DNA of 64,000 bases from Octopus vulgaris (taxonomy: Eukaryota): the NCBI GenBank assembly GCA_951406725.2, contig OX597816.1, forward strand, positions 42,718,001-42,782,000. Direction: 5' to 3'. The notes beneath the pieces are model-generated. The model searched no databases. It was not told the DNA's origin and saw only the letters and a list, made by a program, of their open reading frames with translations. Shown here piece by piece: positions 1-12,558 of the stretch. Numbering within the stretch: the stretch's first letter is position 1; every line of letters begins with the position of its first letter. The translations under genes and the position numbers were made by a program.

Positions 1-75
1 ACGCATAGAATCACTCTCAAAGACTTAGAAAAATGTTCATATTTAATAAGAAAGCAGTTACAACTTTGACTTTTC

Positions 76-689
76 GGATCTTTACCTTTTGACCTACAGA
101 TTTAAAAAAATATTTTTTTGTAACTAAACACTTTCAAACTTCGGACACTGGTAGAATGTGTCATATAAAACATCTTCTGTACTTAGCATTTGTGAGAAAA
201 CTTATATTTACGAAATTATTTCACGTTAAAGCTGTCCTCTTTCGGTAATTTCAACCAATCAATGGCGTGTATTCGGCTGAACAAATTACTGCTGTTGTTT
301 GTCAACAAGAACGTCCGGCGGTATATATTTCGTTTGTCACTGTTATTTATGACAAACCTAATACTAAAATCCTAACCCTAACCCGAAAACCCTAACCCTA
401 AAATCCTAACCCTAACCCTAACATCTTAAAGCTAAAACCAGTAAAAACGATAGTTGTTGTTGACAAACAACGGCGTTAAATTATTCAACTGAATACACGC
501 CATGGATTGGTTGAAATTATCGGAAGAGGACAACTTTAACGTGAAATAACTTCGTAAATATGTTTTTTCTCAAAAATGCTACGAATAAAAGATGTTCTAT
601 ATGACACATTCTACCAGTGTCCGAAGTGTGAAAGTTTTTAGTTACAAAAAAATATTTTTTTTAATCTGTAGGTCAAAAGGTAAAGATCC
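76..689. mobile_element. Foldback/MITE-like element with ~235-bp terminal inverted arms and a central degenerate (CCCTAA)n tract
   Basis: 76-~310 (GGATCTTTACCTTTTGACCTACAGA...GTTTGTCAACAA) is the diverged reverse complement of ~453-689 (TTGTTGACAAAC...TCTGTAGGTCAAAAGGTAAAGATCC). CCTAAC/CCCTAA units lie at ~355-422. No clear TSD. Confidence 0.8.
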
Positions 690-1576
690 CGTATGTTTTG
701 TGTGTATCTATCTATGAACATTCTGCTATTTTCTCCGACTTTCGTTTTCTGCTTCTTAAATAGTGATGACAGTACATAATTTAATTTCTTAAGAAATGTG
801 TATGTAAGAGTTAGGCATTTCATCTGTTGTACTTCCATTACGCTGCAAACCTATTTGTGCAAAAAAGTTTAAAAAATCAACTCTACATGACAAATATTTT
901 AGTATCTGAAACCATATTTTATATTATAAAAATTCATATTAAAATAAATTATGTTTCCCTTTCTGCTCAGCTTCTCAATGAATATTGGAGCGAAAAAAAT
1001 TGACAAAGCAAATATCCATATCACTCTACACAAGAAAAACCAGGCAACTTTTCAAAAATGTGAACAATATGTATTATGAAAAAAATAGGGAAAAACTTCC
1101 AAATTATTAGGTGGTTAGATTCGATCTTGTAACCATATCAGGACAGCCTAAATTATGCTCGACTAGTCCTGCATATCTAACATTTCTAATTATCGCTAGA
1201 TTATTAATCTGATCGTTTTTAGACCATTCATTATAAAATAATGAGATTCGTGACAGAAATGCACAAAGTTGAAATCTTGATTTATTTGCAACGAAGCCAA
1301 GCATTTTACATTCGATTTCCATTCTCTGCTCGGCATACACAATGACAGTGATACTCTATATCCCTAGGATATAAAATGAAACACGTTATTTTGAAATACT
1401 ATCAGTGGTGAACGGTAAAACATTTACGTAAATTATTTATGAAGCGGTTTTAGAAGCTTTCAAGCTATGAAAATGAATAAAAGAGAAAAATATGTAATCG
1501 AATAAGAAATTAGGTTACAACCACTCATTTTAAGTATCTTGATAAATACTGGGGCATAATGAATTGTTAAACGCCA

Positions 1577-1630
<54 letters not shown>

Positions 1631-2002
1631 GACGCATAATATTATTAAATATAATATTAGTTCATGTACCCTGAAGTGGATTTTTTTCATCTTATATTTT
1701 TACTCAGGCAGGAAGGCAGTGTCTATCATCTCTACCTGGCGCCCATGACCCGTGGGTGTGAGGCTGGATGAATGTCTGCGCACTGGACATCAGGCCTAAA
1801 TACTTGTAACAGACATACCGATGGTTACGGTGCCGGATTCTATGTTGGAGTATAAAACGGAACAGGGGTTAAGTATAGCACCCACATAGGGCCCAATAAG
1901 ATTTATAATTGGAACGCAAAGATCAGATAACCGAAAAGTTACAAGAATCCGTGTCGGACTTTTACGATTCCTTCGATTCATCACCCTGGCTTGATATTTT
2001 TA

Positions 2003-2308
2003 TTCTTTTCTACTATAGGTATAAGGCCCGAAATTTTGGGGGTACGGGGCCAAACGATGAGAACAACATCAGTACGCAACTGGTACTTAGTTTAATAACC
2101 TCGAAAGGATGGAAAGCAAAGTCGACCTCGGCGAAATATGAACTCAGAACTGTCTTTATATTCTGAGTTCAAATTCCGCCGAGGTCGACTTTGCATTTCA
2201 TCCTTTCGGAAACGATAAATTAAGTACCAGTTGCATACTGTGATCAATCTAGTCAACTGACCCTCTCCCCCAAAGTTTCGGGCACCTTGTGCCTAGAGTA
2301 GAAAAGGA
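2003..2308. mobile_element. Head-to-head inverted pair of 5'-truncated family-A SINEs (foldback)
   Basis: The minus copy (2003-2150) and plus copy (2161-2308) share TTCTGAGTTCAAATTCCGCCGAGGTCGACTTTGC...GTGCCTAGAGTAGAAAAG, with a ~11-nt spacer. Confidence 0.85.
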
Positions 2309-3074
2309 TTGATACTTATATTATCGACCTCTCGTTAAACATCAATCACAGAGAATTTAACAACACTGAAGAGGCATTCTATCCGATGCTGTAAAGAATC
2401 TCAAATCGATGCTTCAGCTTATTGTGTTAGAAACAGGACATTTTTATATAAACAAAATTATAAATGTACCGTTATATTGACTGCTTTCAAAAATACTCGT
2501 CCACCGATGTACATATATCAAAAAGAGTACCATAGAAATTACATAACATATTATATAACTTGTAGATTAATGCATTTTAAAACTATAAGATATAACATAC
2601 TTCTAAATTATGTTGACGTCAGAAAGCATATTAACTTCTTTTGTCAGATCAGGAATATATATTAAGACGTATAACACCAATAATATTTATATGCAATATG
2701 ATTAATACGATCTTGTATTGATTTAATCTGTTGAAAGCAGTATAGTATATTAAATCATATTCCGAGTCATATATTGCCAAATCTGCAAAATGGACGATTT
2801 ATTAATAATATCGAAATGTGCACATACATTTTGACTATGAGATCAGATATGTGTATGAGTGCACAGAATATTACCGATGTTTGATTAGCTTGATATATTA
2901 AATATTCTCCAGATGGACAGAGATGTTCTCTCACCACAGACACGAATGAAAAATACGTGTTCAAAGCCAGTCTCAATCTGCATTATTTTATCGAATATTT
3001 AAATTAATATCGCCTTTAGCTTGTTATATAAGTTTCCTAGGACAGGCACACGAATAACTGTGAGATCAATCAGT

Positions 3075-3440
3075 TGACTCTGCCACTGAGTGGCTTCGGG
3101 TTCAGTGTCAGTCCGCACAACTTGGACAAGTGTCTTCTACTATGACTCTTGTCCATTCAATAACTTGTGGAAGACTTTGGTAAATGTAAATTATGTATGT
3201 AAATGTGTATATGCGCGCGCGCGTGTATGTTTGTGTTCATCACTTTGTCTTTGCCTCCTGACTGTTTCAGAGCAGATGTTGGATTGTTTATGGCCCTGGT
3301 AGCAAGAGGTTCAGCAAAAGCAACGAGTAAAATAAGTATCAGATTTAATGGTTACTCACTGGATGAGACTGATTGATCAAAATCATAAAAGCCCGGGCAC
3401 CAGCATCGCCGCTTTTCGATAACTGCAACGAGTAAATTAT
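3075..3440 (+). mobile_element. Degenerate family-B (tRNA/CORE-type) SINE
   Basis: GGGTTCAGT...CTTGGACAAGTGTCTTCTACTAT...GGTTCAGCAAAAG...AATAAGTA...CAGCATCGCCGC is collinear with the better-preserved copies at 23697, 32370 and 36195. Confidence 0.65.
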
Positions 3441-3553
3441 AGATGACAAGCAATTTTGAGAACTTAGAACTTAGAAAAGGAAGTATTTCAATAACAGTAT
3501 TTTTACCAAGCATATTTTTATCCAACTAGAGGCTAGCTATAACGTCACTTTCC

Positions 3554-3582
<29 letters not shown>

Positions 3583-3588
<6 letters not shown>

Positions 3589-3795
3589 AAAGTTAATCCA
3601 AACAAGAAAGCACAAAAAAAACACAGCAACGCGAGGACGTGGAACACATATAGTATTATTGGGCGCTCAGGAAAGAAGGAGGGGTTAACGTTTCGAGCGG
3701 AGCTCTTCGTCGGAAACATAGGAGAAGGAAAGATCCAGAGAAGGGAAGACAGAGGAAAAATAATCGCCAACGGTACATACGTGGTCACATTTATA
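3583..3795 (-). mobile_element. Short (TA)n-adjacent element with minimal hammerhead-like motif (Penelope-like pLTR remnant)
   Basis: Minus strand 3717-3684 reads GTTT-CCGACGA-A-GAGC(TCC)GCTC-GAAAC-GTT-AAC. It abuts (TA)n and is paralogous to 56740-56930. Confidence 0.55.
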
Positions 3796-3891
3796 CACGG
3801 GTTAATCGCCTAAACTTGGAAAGTTATATTGGATAGTGTAAAACTGAAAGCATAATTCGCGAAAATAACAGGTGTAGATGTGTTAAATTGT

Positions 3892-4177
3892 GGAGGCACA
3901 TGGCCTAGTGGTTAGAGCAGCGGACCCGCGGTCGAAGGATTGCGGGTTCGAAACTCAGATCGGGCGATGTGTGTGTTTATGAGCGAAACACCTAAGCTCT
4001 GGCAGAAGGTAATGGCGAACCTCCGCCACGACCTTCTCCCACTCTTTCCTTCTGCATCTTGCAGCTCCCCTGCGACAGACCGGCGTCCCGTCCAGGTGGC
4101 AAACCTATACGCAAATAAACCGGGAAACCGGCCCTGTGAGCCAGGCGTGGCTCGAGAAAGAACAAACAACAAACAAC
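3892..4177 (+). mobile_element. tRNA-derived SINE with Meta-domain-like 3' half
   Basis: A box TGGCCTAGTGGTTAG, B box GGTTCGAAAC and an AAC-rich tail. CCTGCGACAGACCGGCGTCCCGTCCAGG...AAACCGGG resembles the conserved metazoan SINE central domain (domain name inferred from memory of the motif). Confidence 0.75.
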
Positions 4178-4264
4178 ATATCTGTTGAATCAGGTTTCCT
4201 TTGGGTTTAAGAACAAGAAAATAAGATATAATAGCTTTATTTATTTGAATGTTATTTAATTATG

Positions 4265-4455
4265 ATTTCAAATATTTGCAGAAGGCCAGACGTTTTGGGC
4301 AAGGGGATAAGTCGATTACATCGAACCCTGTGTTCAAGTGGTACATATTTTTGAAGTCGACTGCGGCGGAATTTGAACACAGTAAGTAATGATAGATGAA
4401 ATGCCGATAAACATTTTACCCGGCATGCTAAGGTTTCTACCAGTTTAGCGCGTTT
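4265..4455 (-). mobile_element. Degenerate family-A SINE
   Basis: AAGTCGATTACATCGA...AAGTCGAC..CGGCGGAATTTGAAC...CCGGCATGCTAA matches the family-A reverse complement. Confidence 0.6.
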
Positions 4456-5126
4456 ACCTGCTGTGATACAAATTCATTTCTGATTATATTCCAAACATTT
4501 TCAGTATACCTTCCGAAGTAAACTCGACAATATTTCTTGAGTGTCTTAATGTACTTTCTATTTCTTTATGTATTCTTATAAATAACTTATGTAGATAAAT
4601 CTAGCTATATGATAGGCGCAAACATTCCGGAACGTAGTGAATCAATAATCCGTATCGTAGTTTGACAATGCACAAGCATACATCCAAATCTTTCTCACAA
4701 GCATTTTCGAATACAAAGGACGCATGGCAGTTATAGATATATCATTTCTGAAAAAGCAATTCAAGGTCTCGTTTGGAAGACATTTATCATACGTCCTTGA
4801 CAAGGACGTATCTGATTTTATAGACAACAGGACTTCGAAAATATAGCAAAAATTGCACCCAAAGACACTTTACGTTGTTAGGAGTTTCAATGACTGATCC
4901 AAGGGCGAGCTAGAGCATTGCTATATTAATAAGTGAAGCCTAATTTTATCTCACAGATATTCATATGTCTACGTTATTTGCTTATTTAAATTTTGGTATG
5001 AAATGTGGTAAGGTTTGCTATTTTTTTTTTGGAATGTTATGCACACATACTTGCACACACATATATGTATGTATAGATGTATATAATTATGCATATCCAT
5101 GTGTATCTATCTATCTATCTATCCTT

Positions 5127-5425
5127 GAGGTGCGTTTACTTATTCGTTCGGGCATTCGACTCACGACCATAAGGTCGTGAGTTCAATTCCCTGCGTTGTG
5201 TCTTTGAGCAAGACATTTTATTTCACGCTGCTCCAGTCAGCTCATCTGGCACAAATGAGTAGTGCCTGTATTTGAAAGGGCCACCTTTGTCACACATTGA
5301 GAACTACGTTAAGGGTACAGATGTGTGTGGAGTGCTCAGTCACTTGCACGTTACTTTCATGAGCAAGCAGTTCCGTTAATCGTATCAGCTGGGATGCTCC
5401 TCGTCGTAACCGACGGAGTGCCTGA
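5127..5425 (+). mobile_element. tRNA-derived CORE-like SINE (family D)
   Basis: B box GAGTTCAATTCC followed by CORE-like GTGTCTTTGAGCAAGACATTT. Confidence 0.65.
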
Positions 5426-5508
5426 ACGAACGACCGCCTATCCATGCATTTATCCATACACACACTGACACACACACACACACACACACATCTATATATA
5501 CATATATA

Positions 5509-6726
5509 TGGCTGTCCGGAAAGTTCGTGCCGATTTATAGTAGCTTACATTTCGACTTATTTTAGAACATGGTTGAGTCCATAAAATAAGATTTGACTAC
5601 ACCTCCATTTAGAGCACAGTTTAAGCTATCTTTTTGTGGAAGAAGGTTTATGTTCCTACAACCTGTGTTAATTCTGTAACCCTTTAAACTAGAAGATAAA
5701 AAAGCTCATTTTCTGCACTTGATGCTTTTCTTTTTCCATTAAGGGGGAAATGCCTCACAGGCAACCAAAGAAATATGCGCCGTTTACGGTGATGTTTCTT
5801 TATCCGAAAGAACTCTACGGAAGTGGTTCGCAAGCTGGAGATTGTAGCCTTATTGATAAAGAGCGATCAGGCAGATCATCTACTACAGATGATGACCAAA
5901 TTAAGTCATTAATTGAGAATAACCCACATTGCACAACCCAAGAAATGGCAGAATCCGTCGTTTGTGAGCACCTGGTAAAGTTTGGGTACACAAATTACTA
6001 CGATGTTTGGGCACGATATGAGTTGAGTGAGAGGAACCTTTTGGATCGCATTTCCATCTGTGATTCGTTTTATAAACGGAATGAAAACGCGCCTTTTTTA
6101 AAGCAAATTATGACAGAGAAAGCGATCCTGGAGGAAGTGACATGACCCACCCTTAGCCACCCCAAAAGCAGGTCTTCATCCTAAAAAAGTATTGCTTTGT
6201 GTCTGGTGGGATTGGAAAGGAATTTTGTACTATGAGCTTTTCCCTAGTAACCAGACAATTAATTCTGAGAAATACTGTACACAACTGGACGAGTTAAAAG
6301 CAGCAATTCAAGAGAAACGTCCAGAATCGGCCAACAGGAAGGGTCTTGTTTTCCAACATGATAATGCAAGATCGCACGTTTCTTTGGGAACCAAACAAAA
6401 ATTGCTGCAGCTCGGATGGAATGTGTTACCCCACCCTCCATATTCACCAGAGAATGCTCCAGATCCCCACTTATTCAGGTATCTACAGAAGAGTCTTCAT
6501 GGTAAAAATTTCAATTCCTTTGATGAGGTAAAAAGATACTTTGATGAATTCTTTGCCATGAAACCACCTCAATTCTGGGAAGAGGGTATTTTCAAGTTAA
6601 AGGAAAGATAGAGACGCATTGTGCAACGAAATGTTTCAAATTTGGTTGATTAAAAATGTAATGGCAAGTATTTATTGACCTTTTTCTTTCCTTTAAAGAT
6701 CGGCACGAACTTTCCGGACAACCCAA
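5509..6726 (+). mobile_element. Full-length inactivated mariner (Tc1/mariner) DNA transposon
   Basis: TIRs TGTCCGGAAAGTTCGTGCCGAT / ATCGGCACGAACTTTCCGGACA with TA flanks; about 1.2 kb. Confidence 0.93.
5690..6611 (+). pseudogene. Frameshifted mariner transposase (mellifera/cecropia-like)
   Basis: Motifs ERSGR, LCVWWDWKGILYYEL, FQHDNARSH and LPHPPYSP are split over several frames. The YSPDLAPSD motif is damaged. Confidence 0.9.
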
Positions 6727-7001
6727 TATTGTTACCGTTTAAAAAAAATACATAACTTCAGTGATTCCCACAAACATTCTATGTAAAAAAAGGCAGGTTC
6801 GTCTCAGTTAGACTCTTGAATTAGAGTTGATATTCGAGTGAATGTGCAACAGTCACAACTGACTCAAATAATGTGTGTGTATAATCGTGCGTGTGTTTGC
6901 CTCTTCTAGTGCATATCTGTAGGAGTGTGTTTACGTGAGAATGTATTATTTCAGTGCGTGTGTGTGCTTTTGTACGACTGTGTGTATTGTGTGTGTGTGT
7001 G

Positions 7002-7062
<61 letters not shown>

Positions 7063-7599
7063 TTACGCTGGTGTTTTTCTTGCTTCCGACATTCTACTAT
7101 GGAGTGGCAGAAGCACAGCTATGATATATGTCCGTTATAATCGGTGAAAATAACTCATATTTTTATGAGTCATTTTGGCAGCGTAGGAATTATGTCTTTG
7201 AATATTCTAGACGAAATAACATTTGGCTGACTACAAATTATATGTTAAAGCAATTGTCAGTTGAATGCTTAATTATATGTTCTTCCTCATGAAAAAATAT
7301 GACCGAAACCTGAACCCTTCTCGCTAAATACTCATGTTATTTTTAGCGATTCCCCAAGCGATCATTTTAGTAGGCATGGCTCGTGTTTGGAAAAGTTACG
7401 CTAATTGACAAATACAAGCTCTCACGCACACACCCACAGACCGACACTCCACACTACCATCCATTTTCCAACGGATAATCACATACATGGACACACGTAC
7501 AGCTATATACATAAGCAGATACAACTCACGGAAAAACTTATATCTACTTAACAATCTACATAGATAGCTAGCTAGATAGATAGATAGATAGATAAATAA

Positions 7600-7650
<51 letters not shown>

Positions 7651-8016
7651 AACCGACAGAAATGTGCATAGACAAATAGGCGTACAGACAGACAGTCAGG
7701 TAGGCAGGCAGAGAGACAGAAAGACAGGCAGACAGATAGATAGCTAGATAAATATATAGATAGACAGATAAATATAGGTCTGGCTTTGGGTTAAATATTG
7801 TTGTTTTGCCATCACACGGTCTCGCATTCCGTATCAATGACTGGCATCATAGGCAAGTGACTTGTAATTCAGCCTCAAGCCCAGTAAAGTCTTCCGAATG
7901 GAATTAGCGGACACAAACTGAGTAAATGTGCCTCGTATGTATGTCAGACAGCTTATCTCTCTATCAACGTTCAGTATTTGTATGATTTTATCTCCCACTT
8001 TATCTACTCATTTAAT

Positions 8017-8081
<65 letters not shown>

Positions 8082-8086
<5 letters not shown>

Positions 8087-8217
8087 AAATTTAAAGGACT
8101 GACCACAAAAAGTGGACGGTCAACATGCTAGTTATAGACGTCAAAATAGCGATTTTGATGTCTATATCTAGCATGTTGACCGTCCACTTTTAGTGGTCAG
8201 TCCTTTAAATTTTGTAT
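8082..8217. repeat. Near-perfect 136-bp palindrome (66-bp arms, 4-nt loop) between (TA)n tracts
   Basis: ATACAAAATTTAAAGGACTGACCAC...GTCAAAAT-AGCG-ATTTTGAT...GTGGTCAGTCCTTTAAATTTTGTAT, with 3 mismatches. Confidence 0.92.
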
Positions 8218-8292
8218 GTAAAAATATTTTAATCTTTGGATATTTTTAATATGCTAGGCCACTGTTTTTAATTGATTAATATCAATTTCTAC

Positions 8293-8460
<168 letters not shown>

Positions 8461-8799
8461 ATATATATTTTGTATATGTGTGTGTTGGTGTAAGAAGAGC
8501 GTCGTAGTTCACTTGAAGTATTGTAAAGCAGAACTAGAAAAATGAATGAAAAGAGAAATAATTAAAATAAACCGCTTCCTAGAATTCTGAAAGATCTTTA
8601 AATCAAATACTCATATTTCGTAAGAATACAATCAAGAGATATTTCTTTGAGTCCGGTGGTTGGGCCACTAGCAGCAGTTCCCTAAACGCATTTTTGGGGT
8701 AAATATGTCTTTGCGCCAGAAATATAAACGGATTTTTAAATGACTTTCCTCATTGTTACGAGCCTTTAATATTTCTTACTTCATTCAATCAATCACATT

Positions 8800-9165
8800 T
8801 CGGAAGTGTCTTCTACTATGGTCTTGTGTCGACCATCGCTTTGTGAATGCAAAAGCAACCCGTCGTGTGTGTGTGTAGATAGTTAGATACATACATAGAT
8901 ATATAGATAGATAGATTATAGATATAGATATACATATGTATGTATATGTATATACCTATGTGTCTGTGTTTGACCCCCCATAACCGGTTGACAACCGTGT
9001 TGGTGTATTTAGGTTCCCCTTAACTTAGCGGTACGGCAATGAAGACCTACAGAGTAAGTACTAGGCTTTAATAAAATAACTCGTGGGTTCTATTTTTTTT
9101 ACCCTTGAAGTATGTACGCCAGAATGGTCGCAGTCAAATGGCTGAAACACATAGAGGATAAAAAA
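8800..9165 (+). mobile_element. Degenerate family-B SINE
   Basis: AAGTGTCTTCTACTATG...TTGACAACCG...TAACTTAGCGG...CAGTCAAATGGCTGAAAC. Confidence 0.7.
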
Positions 9166-9374
9166 AATAATACATATACATATATAAACACGCACATATA
9201 GAGCGAGAGAGAGAAGATATACCTATATGTTTGTATATGTAACATTCATAACAAGGTCAATAAGATCAATTGTCTTTCCGAGTTTGACAAAACATTCATT
9301 AAGATTAGACGCTGTGACGCATATTTATTTACATGTTGTGTGCCAGTTGATTGCGAAGTCACATCACAGCAGCA

Positions 9375-9695
9375 CTAGACATTTCTAGCCTCGGGCCAGC
9401 CAAAGCCATGTGAGTGGTTCAGATCGACGGAAATTAAAAGAAGAGCACCGTATGTATGCGTGCATATATATGCGTATGTGTATGTATCTCTGTGTGTCTA
9501 TGTTTATACCCCACTACAGGTTGATAACGGGTATTTTTTTTCTTTATGTCCCTATAACTTAACGGTTAGGCAAAACGGACCAATATAATAGATACAAGGA
9601 TTTTAAAAAATAAAAGAGCACTGGAGTCAATTCTTTCTATTAAAATTCTTCTCTAGCATGGCCACAGTCAAATGACCAAAGCAAATAAGAGAAGA
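9375..9695 (+). mobile_element. Degenerate family-B SINE
   Basis: TAGCCTCGGGCC...GACGGAAAT...TAACTTAACGGTT...AGCATGGCCACAGTCAAATGAC. Confidence 0.7.
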
Positions 9696-11221
9696 ATATA
9701 TATGCATGTATGTATGTACGTATGTATGCACATATGCGAATATATATATATATATATATATATACATAGAGAGAGAGAGAAAGGCAGACAGAGAGAGACA
9801 GAGAGAAATAGAGAGAGAAAGAGCTATGTGCTTTTCAAATTAGATATTAATATAATCTCTACACGTTTGTTAGATAAAAGTTTAAATAGAGTAACCATAT
9901 TTTGAAATTGTATTCAGTTCTGCATTTTTTCTGTTAGTCTTCGTAATTTTGCCTCGATTATTTTCTTTTATTTGCATAATACCAATAATTTAGTTTCATT
10001 TTAATAATTATGGATCTGAATAACTGCACAGTTTCTCGCCAAATTCGAAACATTATATAACACAATAAAATACAAAACGATTGTTTGTTGGATAACAGAC
10101 TCAGATTTCATGTGGAAAAAATTTGATCTAAAAAATGCACCAAGTCTGGCTTAATAATTTAAGAAAATTGCTTTAAGAATTATTTAAAATTTTAGTAACA
10201 TTTTTTAATATTCTGTTTTTCTTTTCCGTTGGAAAGAAATCAGATAAAATTCACATAATTGCCAAAAACAGAAATTGATTTTTCAGTATTACACAAATCA
10301 TCTTAATTAGACGCAACTTTTATATAATATTTGTCAGAAAAAGATATAAAAACCCTTGAGGACATATAATAATTTATCTGTCTATCCATCTATCGATCTA
10401 TGTCTAATCTATATTACTTGATCACTCTCTCTTTTCTCTCTCTCTCTCACACTCTCTCCCTATTTTTCACTTACTTATTCATTCTGTTTATATTCCTATC
10501 TCTGTCTATATTCAGTCTGTCTTTCTCAAATAATAATTTTATCTATGTGTAATCATTTGTTAACATACCTATTTCCAAGTGTTTACTTCGTTAATCTTTC
10601 AGTTAATCACACTCTAATACACATTCTGTCTTATCAACATATTTTAAGCGCTATTTTAATTATTCCTCTAGGACTAATGATAACATTTTAATCACACAAT
10701 TTCGTTCCCTTGACGACAAATAGGAAATGAAGATACAAACAGTAAATAACATTTAAAGATCTCCAAGTGTTTTTAAATAATTGCATATATAGGCATACAG
10801 TTATTGACGAAAATAAATGCACGTACGAAACTCAGTTTATCGGACATATAAACACATTTATATTGGGAACAGCGTTATTAGATTAAACCATTTATTTAAA
10901 TATGCATGACAAGAAATGCATAAACGCACTAATATACACTGTGTGTTTTTATAAGTATACAATGTATATGTATACATATATAATTAGTCATATATAACAT
11001 ATACACAGCCTGAAAGATTGCCTTAAGACACATGGCACACTTTATAAATATACCTGTTCAAGTGTCTAATAATTAAGAAACTATTAGTAGCTCTTTCGAT
11101 TGAGCACTTCATTTCGTGTATGTGTGTGTGTGTGTGTATGTGTGTAGATAGATACACTAGAAACTATTGGAAGCATTTAATTTGCATACGCTGTCATAGA
11201 TACCGTTTAGTATTTTTATCT

Positions 11222-12223
11222 ACCTATTTCTTTACTACCCACAAGGGGCTTAAACACAGAGGGGACAAGCAAGGATAGACAAACGGATTAAGTCGATTAC
11301 ATCGATCCCAGTGCGTAACTGATACTTAATTTATCGACCCCCGAAAAGATGAAAGGCAAAGTCGACCTCGGCGGAATTTGAACTCACAACGTAACGGCAG
11401 ACGAAATACCGCTAAGCATTTCGCCGTTACGTTGTGAGTTCAAATTCCGCGGCGGCGAGCTGGCAGATACATTAGCACGCCGGGCAAAATGCCTAGCAGT
11501 ATTTCGTCTGTGTTACGTTCTGAGTTCAAATTCTGCCGAGGCTAACTTTGTCTTTCACTCTTTCGGGGTCGATAAATTAAGTACCAGTTACGCACTGGGG
11601 TCGATGTAATCGATTTATAAGATTGTCCCAAAAGTTCGTAGAAAGTCTTGGAAAATAATGGTCTTTATTTTGAGGAATAATTTTTGTTGTTTTTGTTAGT
11701 ACTTAGCGAGTAAAAATTCAATTTTCGCAAGTGTTTACGAACTTTTGGGACAACCTATTAATACCTAAGTCTGTCCTTGTTTGTCCCCTCTATGTTAAGC
11801 CACTTGTGGGTAATAAAGAAATAGGTATTTCGTCTGCCGCTATGTTCTGAGTTCAAATTCCGCCGAGGTCGACTTTGATTTTCATCCTTTCGTTGTCGAT
11901 AAATTAATTACCAGTGGCGTACTGAGGTCGATTTAATCGACTGGCTCCCATCCCCAAAAATTTCGGATTTTGTGCCAGGTGTAGAAAAGAATATCTTTAT
12001 CTGTCAAAGGTGCCGTGCTGGCAGACACCTTAGCACGCCGGGCGAAATACTTAGCGATATTCTGTCTGTATTTACATTCTGAGTTCTAACTCCGCGGAGG
12101 TTGACCTTGACTTTCATCCTATCGGGGTCGGTAAATTAAGTACTAGTTGCGTACTTTGGTAGTTCTAATCGACTGGCCTCCTCCCCCAAAATTTCGGCCC
12201 TTGTGCCTAGAATAGAAAAGAAT
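11222..12223. mobile_element. Cluster of family-A tRNA-derived SINEs: minus copy 11222-11425, plus dimer 11451-11993, plus monomer 12007-12223
   Basis: Head GGCGGCGAGCTGGCAGA..GTTAGCACGCCGGGC, B box GAGTTCAAATTCC and body CCGAGGTCGACTTTGCCTTTCATCCTTTCGGGGTCGATAAATTAAGTACC recur. Confidence 0.9.
11618..11758. mobile_element. ~140-bp mariner-type MITE inserted into a SINE
   Basis: TIRs TTGTCCCAAAAGTTCGTA / TACGAACTTTTGGGACAA. It interrupts the SINE at a TA (ATCGATTTA|...|TAATACCT). Confidence 0.85.
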
Positions 12224-12558
12224 ATTTTTATATGTTAGCCTATAGGAAAGCCATAACATTCTGAGGGAATAACAGAGTGAGGAAAACATAGAGGAATGCA
12301 TCCTCACGCAGAAACGTTGCTCGAATGCTTACAGAAAAGGTGATGACACTAAATTTAAGGAAATTGTTTGATGGTGTTTTTAAACTAGGTGACGGTTTAA
12401 GTCTATGAATCCCGTAATCAATAGTGAGATTTGAAAAAAAATACGAGACGTTAGGCTGCTACGCATTTTGACAGATCCAGTAATATAGTGCTTTGCACTG
12501 GTAACTTTTTATCTACACTGAAGGAGCGAAACAGCTATACTACGTTTTTATGTATATG

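Noticed and set aside
355-422. True telomere or chromosome end
   Set aside because: The tract is short, degenerate and enclosed by inverted arms.
3892-3965. tRNA genes at the A/B-box sites (also 24170 and 30597)
   Set aside because: There is no complete cloverleaf, and each continues into a SINE body.
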